A stretch of DNA of 64,000 nt from Steroidobacteraceae bacterium (lineage in GTDB: Bacteria > Pseudomonadota > Gammaproteobacteria > Steroidobacterales > Steroidobacteraceae), in assembly GCA_035523985.1 (NCBI GenBank), contig DATKPR010000093.1, positions 50,044 to 114,043 on the forward strand. The letters are read 5' to 3'. Under the pieces are notes generated by a model. The model was not told the DNA's origin. It searched no databases and was given only the letters and a program-made list of their open reading frames with translations. This document shows, one piece after another, positions 26,663-36,425 of the stretch; position 1 is the first letter of the stretch, and each line of letters begins with the position of its first letter. Made by a program: the position numbers and the translations under genes.

Positions 26663-29371
26663 ATGAGAGGTGCCATGCCGAAGCTGTCGGACGAGCAATG
26701 GCGCCTGTTCAGCGAGTCCCTCGGTGAGGCACTGGAGCTGCCCGAGGCGCGGCGTGCGGCCTGGCTGGCGGTGCTCGCGGCGGAGCATCCGGCCGTCGCC
26801 GCCGAGCTCGAACGGGCGCTCGCCGCGCGCGCGCGCGCCGGCTTCGCCGACTTCCTGCGCGAGTCGGTCCTGCCCGCGACCGAACTGCCGGCGACCTCGC
26901 TCGCCGGGCGGCGCGTCGGTCCGTACCTCATCGAGGCGCAGATCGGTCACGGCGGGATGGGGAGCGTCTGGCGGGCGCGGCGCACCGACGGGCGCTTCGA
27001 GGGGGTGGTCGCGATCAAGCTGGTGCACGCGCACTGGCTCGGCCGCGCCGGCGAGGAGCGCTTCCGCATCGAGGGGCGGCTGCTCGCGCAGCTCGATCAT
27101 CCGAACATCGCACGGCTGATCGATGCCGGAGTGATGGAGGGCGCGCAGCCCTACCTGGTGCTCGAGTTCGTCGAAGGCGAGCCGATCGATGTCTATTGCG
27201 ACCGCCTCGGGCTCGAGGTGCGGGCGCGGGTGGCGCTCTTCCAGGGTGTACTCGCCGCCGTCGGTCATGCCCACGGCCACCTCATCATCCACCGCGACCT
27301 GAAGCCCGCCAACATCCTGGTGACGCGCGAGGGCAGCGTGAAGCTGCTCGACTTCGGGGTCGCCAAGCTCGTCACCCCGGAGCAGCTGGCGACGCACACC
27401 CAGACCGTGGCGCCGGCGCTCACGCCCCAGTACGCCGCCCCCGAGCAGCTGCTCGGCCAGCCGGTGACCACGGCCACCGACGTCTACGCGCTCGGCCTGG
27501 TGCTGTACCTGCTGTTGACGGGCGCGCATCCGGTCCCTGGCGACGGGGGCTCGAGCGCCGCCCTGGTGCACGCCGTGGTCACGCAGGAACCGCCGCGTCC
27601 CTCGGCGGTGGTGGGCAGCCGGCCGGCGGCGCGCCGTGCGCTCGCCGGGGACCTCGACAACATCGTCGCCAAGGCGCTGCGCAAGGACCCGCTGGCGCGC
27701 TACCCCTCGGTCGGCGCGTTCAGCGAGGATCTGCGGCGCTTCCTCGCCGACGAGCCGGTGCTGGCCCGCCCGGATACGGTGTCGTACCGGGTCGCCAAGT
27801 TCGTGCGCCGCAACCGCGGCAGCGTCCTCGGCGGGCTGCTGATCGCGCTCGGTCTCGTCGGCACGAGCGCGTTCGCGCTGATGCAGATGCGGGACGCGCG
27901 GCTGCAGCGCGACGCCGCGCTCGAGCAGGTGAAGCTCGCCGGCGCGCAGTCGGACCTGACGCAGTTCATTCTCGATGACAAGCTGAGCAGGCTGTCGAGC
28001 GATGCCGAACGGCAGCGCCTCGATCGTGCGCGGCGCTTCGTCGCGGCGCGCTTCCGCGGCGATCCGGTGCTGGCGGCGCGGCTGCTGATCGACATCTCCG
28101 ACCGCTACGTCGATATCGGCGAGTTCACGACGGGAGCGCAGGTGATGGTGCAGGCGGAGGCGATCGGGCACCGCTTCGACGACGCCAGCGTACTCGGGCA
28201 GATCGCCTGCCTGCGCGCCGAGGACCTGAGCATCGCGCGCAGGATGGCCGAGGCGCGCACGCAGTTCGCGGCCGGGCTGGCGCAGATGCGGCGCCTCAAC
28301 CCGGTCCCGTGGGTGCTCGAGGCGGAATGCGCGACCGCCGGGGCGTTCGTCGACCAGGCGGCGGGCGACTATGCCGGCGCCGTGAAGCGGCTGCGGGTCG
28401 CGGTCGCGGACCTCGATGCGCAGGGGCTGCACGGCTCGGGGCGGGAGATCTCGCTATCGAACGACCTCGGCCGGGCGCTCAACGCCGCGGGGATGTTTCA
28501 CGACGCCTACGCGGTGGACGACGCCAACGTCGAGCTGGCGAGCTCGCTCGGTCGCGCCGACACCAACGCGTGGCTGGTGATGGTGAGCAACACCTGCGGA
28601 GCGCTGCGTGACGGCGGCCAGCCGCTCGCGGCCGTCGCCTACCTCGACCGCCGCACCGCGGCGGTACGCCGCCAGGACGACTACTCCGACATGCCTTACC
28701 ACCTGCAGGGCTGCCGCGCGGTGGCACTGCTCATGGCCGGGCGCATCGCGCAGGCGGAGCCCGGCATACTGCAGGCCGCCGAGCGGGCGCGGCAGGGCGG
28801 CGTGACCTACCAGGCCGCCACCTACCAGGCGTTCGCCGTGGCAGCGGCGCTGGCACGCGGCGATGCGGCCGCCGCCGCGCAGCGCTGGCAGCCGCTTGCC
28901 GCCGACCTCGAGCGCCGGCTCGCGCAGCACGAGCAAGGCGCGCCCGTGGTGCGGCTGCTGCTCATCGACGCGCAGCTCGCCGACGCCGAGGGGCGCGCCG
29001 GGGACGCCCTCGAGTCGCTCGAGCGGGCGCAGCAGCTGATCGACGCGCGCCGGCAGCCGGTCAACGCGGACGCGAGCGTAGTCGGGGCACGGCGCAGCGC
29101 CGTGCTGCTCACGCTGCACCGTTACGCGGACGCCGAGGAGCAGGCGCGCTCCGCGGCCGAGCTGGCCCGCGTGAGCGCAGTCGATCCGGGCTCCTCCGCG
29201 CGGGTTGGGGAGGCGCTGCTCCTGCAGGCCGAGGCCGAGGCCGCCCTGGGCCGCGGGTCCGCCGCCGCGACCGCGCGGCAGGCGCTCGGACATCTCACGC
29301 CCAACCTCGATCCGTCGCACCCGCTGCTGGCGCGGGCACGGGCGCTCGCGGCGAGCGCCCCCGCGCGTTGA
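26663..29371 (+). CDS. transmembrane Ser/Thr protein kinase with a large C-terminal helical-repeat domain
   Basis: Canonical Hanks motifs: GHGGMGSVW, VAIKLV, HRDLKPANILV, DFGVAKL, YAAPE. One TM (VLGGLLIALGLVGTSAFALM), then about 480 aa of TPR-like repeats. The ATG at 26675 with a gagagg RBS may be the true start. Confidence 0.9.
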   Translation: MRGAMPKLSDEQWRLFSESLGEALELPEARRAAWLAVLAAEHPAVAAELERALAARARAGFADFLRESVLPATELPATSLAGRRVGPYLIEAQIGHGGMGSVWRARRTDGRFEGVVAIKLVHAHWLGRAGEERFRIEGRLLAQLDHPNIARLIDAGVMEGAQPYLVLEFVEGEPIDVYCDRLGLEVRARVALFQGVLAAVGHAHGHLIIHRDLKPANILVTREGSVKLLDFGVAKLVTPEQLATHTQTVAPALTPQYAAPEQLLGQPVTTATDVYALGLVLYLLLTGAHPVPGDGGSSAALVHAVVTQEPPRPSAVVGSRPAARRALAGDLDNIVAKALRKDPLARYPSVGAFSEDLRRFLADEPVLARPDTVSYRVAKFVRRNRGSVLGGLLIALGLVGTSAFALMQMRDARLQRDAALEQVKLAGAQSDLTQFILDDKLSRLSSDAERQRLDRARRFVAARFRGDPVLAARLLIDISDRYVDIGEFTTGAQVMVQAEAIGHRFDDASVLGQIACLRAEDLSIARRMAEARTQFAAGLAQMRRLNPVPWVLEAECATAGAFVDQAAGDYAGAVKRLRVAVADLDAQGLHGSGREISLSNDLGRALNAAGMFHDAYAVDDANVELASSLGRADTNAWLVMVSNTCGALRDGGQPLAAVAYLDRRTAAVRRQDDYSDMPYHLQGCRAVALLMAGRIAQAEPGILQAAERARQGGVTYQAATYQAFAVAAALARGDAAAAAQRWQPLAADLERRLAQHEQGAPVVRLLLIDAQLADAEGRAGDALESLERAQQLIDARRQPVNADASVVGARRSAVLLTLHRYADAEEQARSAAELARVSAVDPGSSARVGEALLLQAEAEAALGRGSAAATARQALGHLTPNLDPSHPLLARARALAASAPAR

Positions 29372-29375
29372 GCGC

Positions 29376-32300
29376 TTACCTGCCGAGCGTGGTCGGATAG
29401 GGCGGCGCGCTCTTGAGCTCCACGGGCTTGTAGTCCTTCAGCTGCGCGAGCGCCGTCGCGATCGCCGCATCGAGCTGGGGGTCCTCGCCGCGGTTCACGG
29501 CCGCCGGGTCGAGCGTCACCTCGATGTCCGGCGTGACGCCCTCGTTCTCCACGCGCCACTCGCCCTCGGGCGTGAAGAAGCGGAAGAACGGCACCGACAG
29601 CGCCCCGCCGTCGATGAGCGGCGGGTTCGCCGCGATGCCGATGAGCCCGCCCCAGGTGCGCGTGCCGATCAGCGTGCCGAGCTTCTGGTGCTTGAAGGCC
29701 CAGGGCAGGAAGTCGCCGCCGGAGCCCGCGTCCTGGTCGGCGAGCATCAACTTCGGCCCGTAGATGGCGCCGCCCGGCGTACTGAAGAGCTGCGCGTCGC
29801 GGTCCTTCCAGCTCGCCAGATAGGGTCTGCCCAGGATCTCGATGATGTAGTTGGCCGCCTGGCCGCCCCCGTTCCTGCGCTCATCGACGATCAGCGCGGG
29901 CTTGTCGATCTGTGCGAAGAACATGCGGTTGAAATACTGGAAGCCCTCCGCGGCGGTGTTGGGCAGGTAGACGTAGGCGACCTTGCCCGCGGTCTTCCTG
30001 CCCACGTACTCGCGGTTGTGCTCGATCCAGCGCCACTGCCGCAGCGGCGCCTCATCCGCGATCGGCTCGACCACGATGTTGTGCGCATCGGCGCCGGAGG
30101 GATCCGCGCCGACGCTGAGCGTCACCTGCCGGTCGACGGTCTGCTCGAGGAGGGCGTAGAGATTGACGCTGGCATCGAGCGCGCGCCCGTTGACCGCCAG
30201 CAGGTAGTCGCCTTCGCTCACCCTGATGCCGGGCACGGCGAGCGGCGCGCGCAGGAAGGGATTCCAGCGGTCGCCGCGGTAGATCGTCTCGATGCGGTAG
30301 TGGCCGTTCTCGATGGCGAAGTCGGCGCCGAGGAGCCCGGTGCGCGTCGGAGCCTCGCCCGGCAGGTCGCCGCCGCCGGTGCGGTTGTGACCCACCTGCA
30401 TTTCGCCAATCATCTCCGTCAGCAGCTCGGTGAGATCCTCGCGCCGCTGTACGTACTTCAGCAGCGGCTGGTAGCGGGCATAGACCGCGTTCCAGTCGAG
30501 GCCGTGCATGTTGGGGTCGTAGAAAAACTCCTTCTCCATCCACCACGCTTCATCGAAGATCTGGCGCCACTCGGCCGCCGGATCGACGTACATACCGAGC
30601 TGACTCAGATCGACCGGCTTGGCGTCCAGCTTGTCGCTGGCGTCGCCGACCTCCATCTTCCCCTTGGCGTACAGGAGCAGCAGCTTCTTGCCGTCGGCGC
30701 TGATCGAGAAATCCTGGATTCCCTGTTTCAGGGATTTCGCCTTGCGCTCGGCGAAATCGAAGCGATAGAGCTCGCCGTCGTTGCCGGGCTCGGCACCGGG
30801 CGGCTCGGCGGTGACGCCGGGCTGGCGCCGCTCGAGGTAGTAGAGCGCGCCGTCGCAGCCGACGGCGAGCGATTCGTAGCGGCGCTCGGCGACCTGGAAC
30901 CCGACGATGCGGCTGCCGAGCCCCGCGAGGTCCACCTTGTAGGCCGGCGGGGCCTTGTGCGCCTTTGCGTCCCCGGGCCCTTTGGCGTCCCTGGCGCCCG
31001 GCTTGTCGGATTTCGCGGCCGGGGCCTTGCAGCCGCCCTGGTCGTCGGCGTCCGCCTTGCCCGGTTCCTCGTCGCCGCTCCTGGGCAGGAGCGGGGAGTG
31101 GCCGTCGGCGGCGAGCACGGCGGCGTACAGGCCGCGGCGGATCGAGCGCTCCTGCGTCGAGAGATCGAGTCCGACCTGGCTCGGCCCGGAGTTGATCGAG
31201 GCGGTGAAGTACAGATAGCCGCCGGGGGCGAACACCGGGCTGTCGGCGTCGGCGAGGCCGTCGGTGACGTCGGCATTCAGTCCGGTCGTGAAGTCGTGCA
31301 GGCGGATGCGGGTGAAGTGGTTCGCGCCCTGGATGGTGTAGGCGAGCCAGCGGCTGTCCGGGGAGAAGCTCACCACGAACGCGGCGCGGTCGAGGCTGCG
31401 ATCGATGAGCGTGCTCGCGGCCTTGTCGATCGCGTACGCATACAGATGCAGGTGGTTGTCCTCGTACACCAGCGTCGCGCCATCGGGCGACCAGGCGAGC
31501 AGGCGGTAGTAACCCGGCTTTGGCAGCGGGTGGACCTGCGGCTTCTCGAGTCCGTCCTGGTCGCGCACCACGATCGCATGCTGCATGCCGAGATCGGTGA
31601 TGTAGGCGATGTGCGTGCCGTCCGGGCCCGAGAGCGCATCCTTGTCGCGCACGCCGGGGCTGCGGGTGAGGTTGCGCACCGAGCCGTCCTTCACCGGCAC
31701 CGTGAAGACGTCGCCGCGCGCGGTGACCACCACGCGCTTGCCGGTCGGTGTCAGCACCGCGGCGGTGATGTTCCTGCTCGCGTCCTTCCACTGCGGGCGC
31801 AGTTGCGCGGCCTCGGTCGCGAGCGTGATGACGAGCGGCGTCACGCGCGCAGAGTCCAGATCGAGCTCCTGCAGCCGTCCGCCGGCCTCATAGACGGCGC
31901 TGCGCCCGTAGACGGCGAAGTTGCGCACGTCCCACAGCGTCTCCTTCGACAGCTGGCGCAGCTGCCGGGTGCGGGTGTCCCAGGCGAAGAGATTGGCGGC
32001 ACCCGCGCTGCGGTCGGAGATGAAGATCACCTCATCGCCCGCCCACGCGGGGGCGCGGTCGGTCGCGTTCTCGTGCGGCACCTGCTCGAAGGCGCCGCTG
32101 GCCGGATTCAGGATCCAGATCGGAGTCGTCTCGCCGCCGCGGTAGCGGCGCCAGCCGGAGGGGCCCTCGTAGGCCGTGCGGTACGGCCGGTAGGCGAGAC
32201 GCGTGCCGTCGGGCGACCAGGAGGCCTCCCAGGCGACCGCCTGCATGATCTTGTGCTCGAAGCCGCCGGTGAGCGGGATTTCGTAGAGCTGATTCGAGCG

Positions 32301-32711
32301 GCTGTTGGCGACCTCGCGCGGCGAGGCGAACAGGATCCGTTTCCCATCGGGACTCCAGCCATCGACTTCATCGCGCGCCGGATGGAAGGTGAGGCGCCGC
32401 GGCTGGCCGCCGCCCACCGGAATCACATAGACGTCGGTGTTGCCGGCGTAGGTGGCGGAGTAGGCGATCCACTGACCGTCGGGCGAGAAACGCGGCGAGG
32501 AAGCGCTGGCGTGCACCGTGAGCCGCGCGGGGTGCCGGCCGGCGCGGTCGGTCACCCAGACGTCGCCGCCGTAGATGAAGGCGAGATGCTCGCGCGCCAG
32601 CGTCGGCTGGCGCAGCAGCCGTGTGCCCGGGCTTTCCTCGCCGCGCGCCTCGAGGCCGAGGCAGCCGAGCAGCAGGCCGAGAGCGGCGGCCGCCAGGAGT
32701 TTCTTATTCAT
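29376..32711 (-). CDS. Tricorn-like protease (beta-propellers plus PDZ plus S41 peptidase domain), secreted
   Basis: The ATG at 32711 is preceded by gggaga. MNKKLLAAAALGLLLGCLG signal. LRQPTLAREHLAFIYGGDVWV and repeated SPDG propeller blades. FDEAWWMEKEFFYDPNMHGLDWNAVY and VDERRNGGGQ S41 blocks. The ORF-track start is 33317. Confidence 0.9.
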   Translation of the reverse strand: MNKKLLAAAALGLLLGCLGLEARGEESPGTRLLRQPTLAREHLAFIYGGDVWVTDRAGRHPARLTVHASASSPRFSPDGQWIAYSATYAGNTDVYVIPVGGGQPRRLTFHPARDEVDGWSPDGKRILFASPREVANSRSNQLYEIPLTGGFEHKIMQAVAWEASWSPDGTRLAYRPYRTAYEGPSGWRRYRGGETTPIWILNPASGAFEQVPHENATDRAPAWAGDEVIFISDRSAGAANLFAWDTRTRQLRQLSKETLWDVRNFAVYGRSAVYEAGGRLQELDLDSARVTPLVITLATEAAQLRPQWKDASRNITAAVLTPTGKRVVVTARGDVFTVPVKDGSVRNLTRSPGVRDKDALSGPDGTHIAYITDLGMQHAIVVRDQDGLEKPQVHPLPKPGYYRLLAWSPDGATLVYEDNHLHLYAYAIDKAASTLIDRSLDRAAFVVSFSPDSRWLAYTIQGANHFTRIRLHDFTTGLNADVTDGLADADSPVFAPGGYLYFTASINSGPSQVGLDLSTQERSIRRGLYAAVLAADGHSPLLPRSGDEEPGKADADDQGGCKAPAAKSDKPGARDAKGPGDAKAHKAPPAYKVDLAGLGSRIVGFQVAERRYESLAVGCDGALYYLERRQPGVTAEPPGAEPGNDGELYRFDFAERKAKSLKQGIQDFSISADGKKLLLLYAKGKMEVGDASDKLDAKPVDLSQLGMYVDPAAEWRQIFDEAWWMEKEFFYDPNMHGLDWNAVYARYQPLLKYVQRREDLTELLTEMIGEMQVGHNRTGGGDLPGEAPTRTGLLGADFAIENGHYRIETIYRGDRWNPFLRAPLAVPGIRVSEGDYLLAVNGRALDASVNLYALLEQTVDRQVTLSVGADPSGADAHNIVVEPIADEAPLRQWRWIEHNREYVGRKTAGKVAYVYLPNTAAEGFQYFNRMFFAQIDKPALIVDERRNGGGQAANYIIEILGRPYLASWKDRDAQLFSTPGGAIYGPKLMLADQDAGSGGDFLPWAFKHQKLGTLIGTRTWGGLIGIAANPPLIDGGALSVPFFRFFTPEGEWRVENEGVTPDIEVTLDPAAVNRGEDPQLDAAIATALAQLKDYKPVELKSAPPYPTTLGR

Positions 32712-32722
32712 CGTTCTCCCTT

Positions 32723-33280
32723 TCAAAGAGTCGGTTCGATTCTGCGCCGTGGAGGATGCGGGGGTTGCGGGCGCAGCGGGCGCCGCAAGGTCCGGCCGCC
32801 GCGGGCAATGAGCCACCACACGGCGAGAAACGCGAGCCAGACCCCGACGGCGAAGACCGCGGCAAAGACGAGCCCTTCGCCCGAAAGGGCGAAGGCCGGT
32901 ACCCAGTCGGCGAGCGTGGCGCGCGCCAGCGCAGGGTCGGCGTGCAGCGCGAGGTACAGGGCCTGGCTCGCGAGACTCCCGTGCATGGCATCGACCGCGG
33001 CCTGCAGCTGGTGCACCGTGGCGACGAGCGTGCGAATGATGGCGCCTTCGGAGTGGAAGGTCGCATCGGTGCTCGACAGGTGATACTGGATCAGCTTGTC
33101 GATGTCGCCGCGGTAGAACTGGTCGGCGAGCTTCTGCCAGGGCTGCAGATCGAGGCGTGCCTGATCGAGCCGGCCGCCGAGCCGCTGGCGGTACTGCGCG
33201 ATGAAGCCCGGAATGAGCCCTCCGGCCACCGCGGCACAGACCAGGATCGCCCGGTCGAGCAGTCCTCTGACGATCGGCAT
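32723..33280 (-). CDS. DUF2937-family membrane protein
   Basis: GLLDRAILVCAAVAGGLIPGFIAQYRQRLGGRLDQA resembles the DUF2937 N-terminus as I recall it. There is also a C-terminal TM segment. Confidence 0.55.
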   Translation of the reverse strand: MPIVRGLLDRAILVCAAVAGGLIPGFIAQYRQRLGGRLDQARLDLQPWQKLADQFYRGDIDKLIQYHLSSTDATFHSEGAIIRTLVATVHQLQAAVDAMHGSLASQALYLALHADPALARATLADWVPAFALSGEGLVFAAVFAVGVWLAFLAVWWLIARGGRTLRRPLRPQPPHPPRRRIEPTL

Positions 33281-33342
33281 CGCCCGTCATTGTTGCATGC
33301 CGGCCGGGGCGGCGCACCGCGCCGCCGCGCGCCGCCGATCCT

Positions 33343-34392
33343 TCAGCCGCGCGGTGCGCCTGCGGCGGCGAGAAAACGCTGCAGCTCGGCGCAGATCGAC
33401 AACGCGAGGATCTCCGGCCCGTGACCGCCGAGCTTCAGTCCCACCGGGGCATGCAGCCGCTCCCCGAGAGCGGCGCGGGCCGCGGGCTCGAGGGTCGCCA
33501 GCAGCTCATCGCGCCGCGCCGCCGGCCCAAGCAGCCCGATGAAGGGCTCGGGCCGCTGCGCGAGCGCCGCGAGCGCCTCGCGGTCGTTGGCGGCCGTATG
33601 CGTCATGACGATGCAGGCATCGAAGCGCTCGCCGGCGCAGCTCGCGAGTGCGGCGGCCGGACGCGCGCACAGCGTGCGCTCGGCGCCGGCTGCGTGCCGT
33701 GCGAGGAGCGTCCCGCGATGATCCGCGACCGTGACACGCCAGCCGAGCCGGTCGGCGATGGCGATGAGCGCGGGCGCCTCGGGGCCCGCGCCGAAGAGCA
33801 GCACGCGCGGGCACGGTGCGAACGAGACCACGGCGCAGGTCTCGCCGCTTGCGGCGAGCGGATACTGGCCGGGTGCACGGCCTCGCAGCGCGCGCGCCGC
33901 CTCCACTTTCGGGGTGAGTACGGTTTCGGAGTCCGAGGACCACAGGAATCCGCCCCCCAGGTCCGGGCCGCTGGTGACGAGCGCCGCTGCGAGCGGCTGG
34001 TGCGCGCGGTCGGCGGCGAGCAGCGCCTCACAGAGCGGGTGGCTGGTGCCGGCGGCCACCGGCAGGAGCAGCAGCTGCATCCGTCCGCGGCATCCGGAGC
34101 CCGAGCCGAACACGAGGTCATCGTCGCTGTCGCTGTCGAACAGCACCACCCGCGGGCGCAGCTCGCCGAGCGCGGCGCGGGCCGCGGACTCGAGGTCCGG
34201 CTCGAGACAGCCGCCGGAGATGACACCGAGCCGGGAGCCGCCGGCGGCGATTGCCGCGAGCGCTCCGGGCTTGCGGTAGGTCGACCCCGAGCAATGCACC
34301 ACCACGCAGAGCGTGAAGCCTTCGCGGGCGGCCGTGAGGCGCGCGAGCTCGGCGAGGATGGCGCGGTGATGGGTCGCGAAGGGCTCGGTCAT
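33343..34392 (-). CDS. XdhC/CoxI-family accessory protein (molybdenum-cofactor insertion chaperone family)
   Basis: LCVVVHCSGSTYRKPGALAAI...VISGGCLEPDLE N-domain and RVLLFGAGPEAPALIAIADRLGWRVTVADHR Rossmann C-domain. Its start overlaps the S9 peptidase stop (ATGA). Confidence 0.8.
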   Translation of the reverse strand: MTEPFATHHRAILAELARLTAAREGFTLCVVVHCSGSTYRKPGALAAIAAGGSRLGVISGGCLEPDLESAARAALGELRPRVVLFDSDSDDDLVFGSGSGCRGRMQLLLLPVAAGTSHPLCEALLAADRAHQPLAAALVTSGPDLGGGFLWSSDSETVLTPKVEAARALRGRAPGQYPLAASGETCAVVSFAPCPRVLLFGAGPEAPALIAIADRLGWRVTVADHRGTLLARHAAGAERTLCARPAAALASCAGERFDACIVMTHTAANDREALAALAQRPEPFIGLLGPAARRDELLATLEPAARAALGERLHAPVGLKLGGHGPEILALSICAELQRFLAAAGAPRG

Positions 34393-36374
34393 TGCATCCC
34401 GAAGCCCTGTCGCAGGAACGCCTCGCTCCTGCGCAGCATGAGGGTGCGCGCCTCGGAGTCATCGAGGTAGTGGTCGAGATCGTCCCAGGTGACGAGCTCA
34501 CAACGGCCGCCTACAGCCTTCAGCCGCTCCGCCATGCTCCTCGACTGCTCGATGCTCACATTGCGGTCGAGCGCGGCGTGAAACAACAGCACCGGCGCCT
34601 TGATCTTCTCGGCGTTCTGCAGCGGGGAGCCCTCGCGCACGTGCGGGCCGTCGCCGATCATGTTGCTGACGTAGTAGTAGCCCGACCAGCGGCGCCACTC
34701 CTCTTTCGCGGCAGCGAGATCCGTCACGGGCGCAATGGCCACCACTGCCTTGAAAAGGCTCGGCTCGACCACGGCGGATTGGAGTGCCGCGTAGCCGCCA
34801 TACGACCAGCCGAGGATGCCGAGTTTGCGCGGGTCCACCCCCTGGTCGATGAGCCAGTGGCCGGCGGCCACCACGTCGCCAATGGCGACCTTCCATGACT
34901 TGAAGCCGTTCTGCCTGAACCAGGCGTCCCCATAGCCGAAGGAGCCGCGAAACTCCGGCTGCAGCACCGCGAAGCCACGCGACGCGTAGAACTGCGACAG
35001 CCAGTCGAAGCCCCAGTAGTCGCGCGCGCTCGGTCCGCCGTGCGGCAGGACGATGGCCGGGAGGCCCTTGGCGCTGGTGACCCCGGGGGGCAGGGTGAGG
35101 TAGGCGGGAACCTGGACACCGTCGGAGGATGGATAAGTGATCGACTTGACGCTCGCGAGCTTCACACCCTCGAGCTCGTTGCGCGCCACCAGGAAGGTGT
35201 CGAGGTGACGCGCCTTTTTGTCGAAGAGGTAGTAGACGCCGGGGTCGGAGTCGCTGCTGGCGAATACCAGCATGATGTTCTCATCGGCGCTCGAGTCAAC
35301 CACCTGGACGATCGGCTGCTGCGGCAGCGCGTGCCCGAGCGCGTCCAGCAGCTGCTTCACACCCGGATCGAAGTAGACGGCGTGGTGCCGATCGGTGGCG
35401 TAAGTGGTACCGACGACGCGCCTCTGGCGTCCAATAAACATCAGCCCGTCGACGTCGACGTCGGGGTTGGCATAGAGCAGCGTTTCGGCGAGCCCGCCGT
35501 CGAGACTCACGGAATAGACCGCGTAACGCCCGTCGGTTTTCTTGAAACCGATGGCGACGTTGTGCTCCGCGTCGACCGCGCGGGGCTCGAAACCGGTGCG
35601 CTCGAGCGCGTTGTACTCGCTCAGCTTGTGCCAGTCCTGGGAATCCGCCTCGCGATACATGAAGTCGGTGATACCCGAGGCCTGATAGGTCGTGTTGGCG
35701 GTGGCCGCGACCCCGAGGGCCATGATGCGCACCCCGCCGCGCCCGTCGGCGATGTACCACTCGGCGTCCGGGCGCGGCGGCTCGACCCGCTTCACTTCGA
35801 GCGTGCGCGTATCCATCCGGTCGACAGCGAGTCCGCCGACGCTCGAGCCCAGGTGGCTGCCGATGCGGTCATCAGCGAGGTAGGGGCGCTGGATCAGCAC
35901 CAGCCCGTTCGCGGCCGGGAGCGTCTCGATGATCGAGCCCCCGTAGAGCTCGAGGCCGTGGCCGTAGATGCTGTCGGCTTTGCTGAGAAGCCTGACGTTC
36001 GAGCCGTCGGCGTTCACCGCCATCAGCCGGTTGGCGGGCATGATGCCGAAGGTCGGATCCTTGATGTTGACGGAGATCCGGCAGGCCAGGCGGTCGTTGG
36101 CAACCCAGAAGCAGTTGCTCAGGCTCTCGCCCTTGGCGGAAACGGCCAGAGCCGGGGTGGGCTTCGCGCCGGCGGCGAGACTCAGGGTGAAAAGCGTCGA
36201 ACCCTGTCCCTTCGCAGGTGCGAGATAAGCGACGCTCCGGCCGTCGGGAGACAGGCGCATCTCCTCGACGCTCGGGCGCGCGCCGAAGGCCGCCGCGGCG
36301 TCGAACGGCTTCGACTGCTGACCCCAAACCGGCAGCGAGGCGCAGAGCGCCAGCCAAGCGATTGTTGTTCTCAT
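34389..36374 (-). CDS. S9-family serine peptidase (prolyl oligopeptidase/dipeptidyl peptidase type), secreted
   Basis: Signal MRTTIAWLALCASLPVWGQQ, propeller region, catalytic GWSYGGYAA, and C-terminal HAALDRNV/DHYL. The ATG at 36374 is preferred to 36404. Confidence 0.85.
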   Translation of the reverse strand: MRTTIAWLALCASLPVWGQQSKPFDAAAAFGARPSVEEMRLSPDGRSVAYLAPAKGQGSTLFTLSLAAGAKPTPALAVSAKGESLSNCFWVANDRLACRISVNIKDPTFGIMPANRLMAVNADGSNVRLLSKADSIYGHGLELYGGSIIETLPAANGLVLIQRPYLADDRIGSHLGSSVGGLAVDRMDTRTLEVKRVEPPRPDAEWYIADGRGGVRIMALGVAATANTTYQASGITDFMYREADSQDWHKLSEYNALERTGFEPRAVDAEHNVAIGFKKTDGRYAVYSVSLDGGLAETLLYANPDVDVDGLMFIGRQRRVVGTTYATDRHHAVYFDPGVKQLLDALGHALPQQPIVQVVDSSADENIMLVFASSDSDPGVYYLFDKKARHLDTFLVARNELEGVKLASVKSITYPSSDGVQVPAYLTLPPGVTSAKGLPAIVLPHGGPSARDYWGFDWLSQFYASRGFAVLQPEFRGSFGYGDAWFRQNGFKSWKVAIGDVVAAGHWLIDQGVDPRKLGILGWSYGGYAALQSAVVEPSLFKAVVAIAPVTDLAAAKEEWRRWSGYYYVSNMIGDGPHVREGSPLQNAEKIKAPVLLFHAALDRNVSIEQSRSMAERLKAVGGRCELVTWDDLDHYLDDSEARTLMLRRSEAFLRQGFGMQ

Positions 36375-36425
36375 GGGTACCCCCCTGACAGCGCAGGAGG
36401 ACAATATTAGGGCAAAATAAGCGCT

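Noticed and set aside
26474-28432. 652-aa minus-strand ORF
   Set aside because: It is antisense to the ECF sigma and Ser/Thr kinase genes, both of which carry canonical motifs.
29205-33083. 1292-aa plus-strand ORF
   Set aside because: It is antisense to the Tricorn-like protease and DUF2937 genes, which have clear domain motifs, signal peptides and ribosome-binding sites. The antisense product has no recognisable domain.
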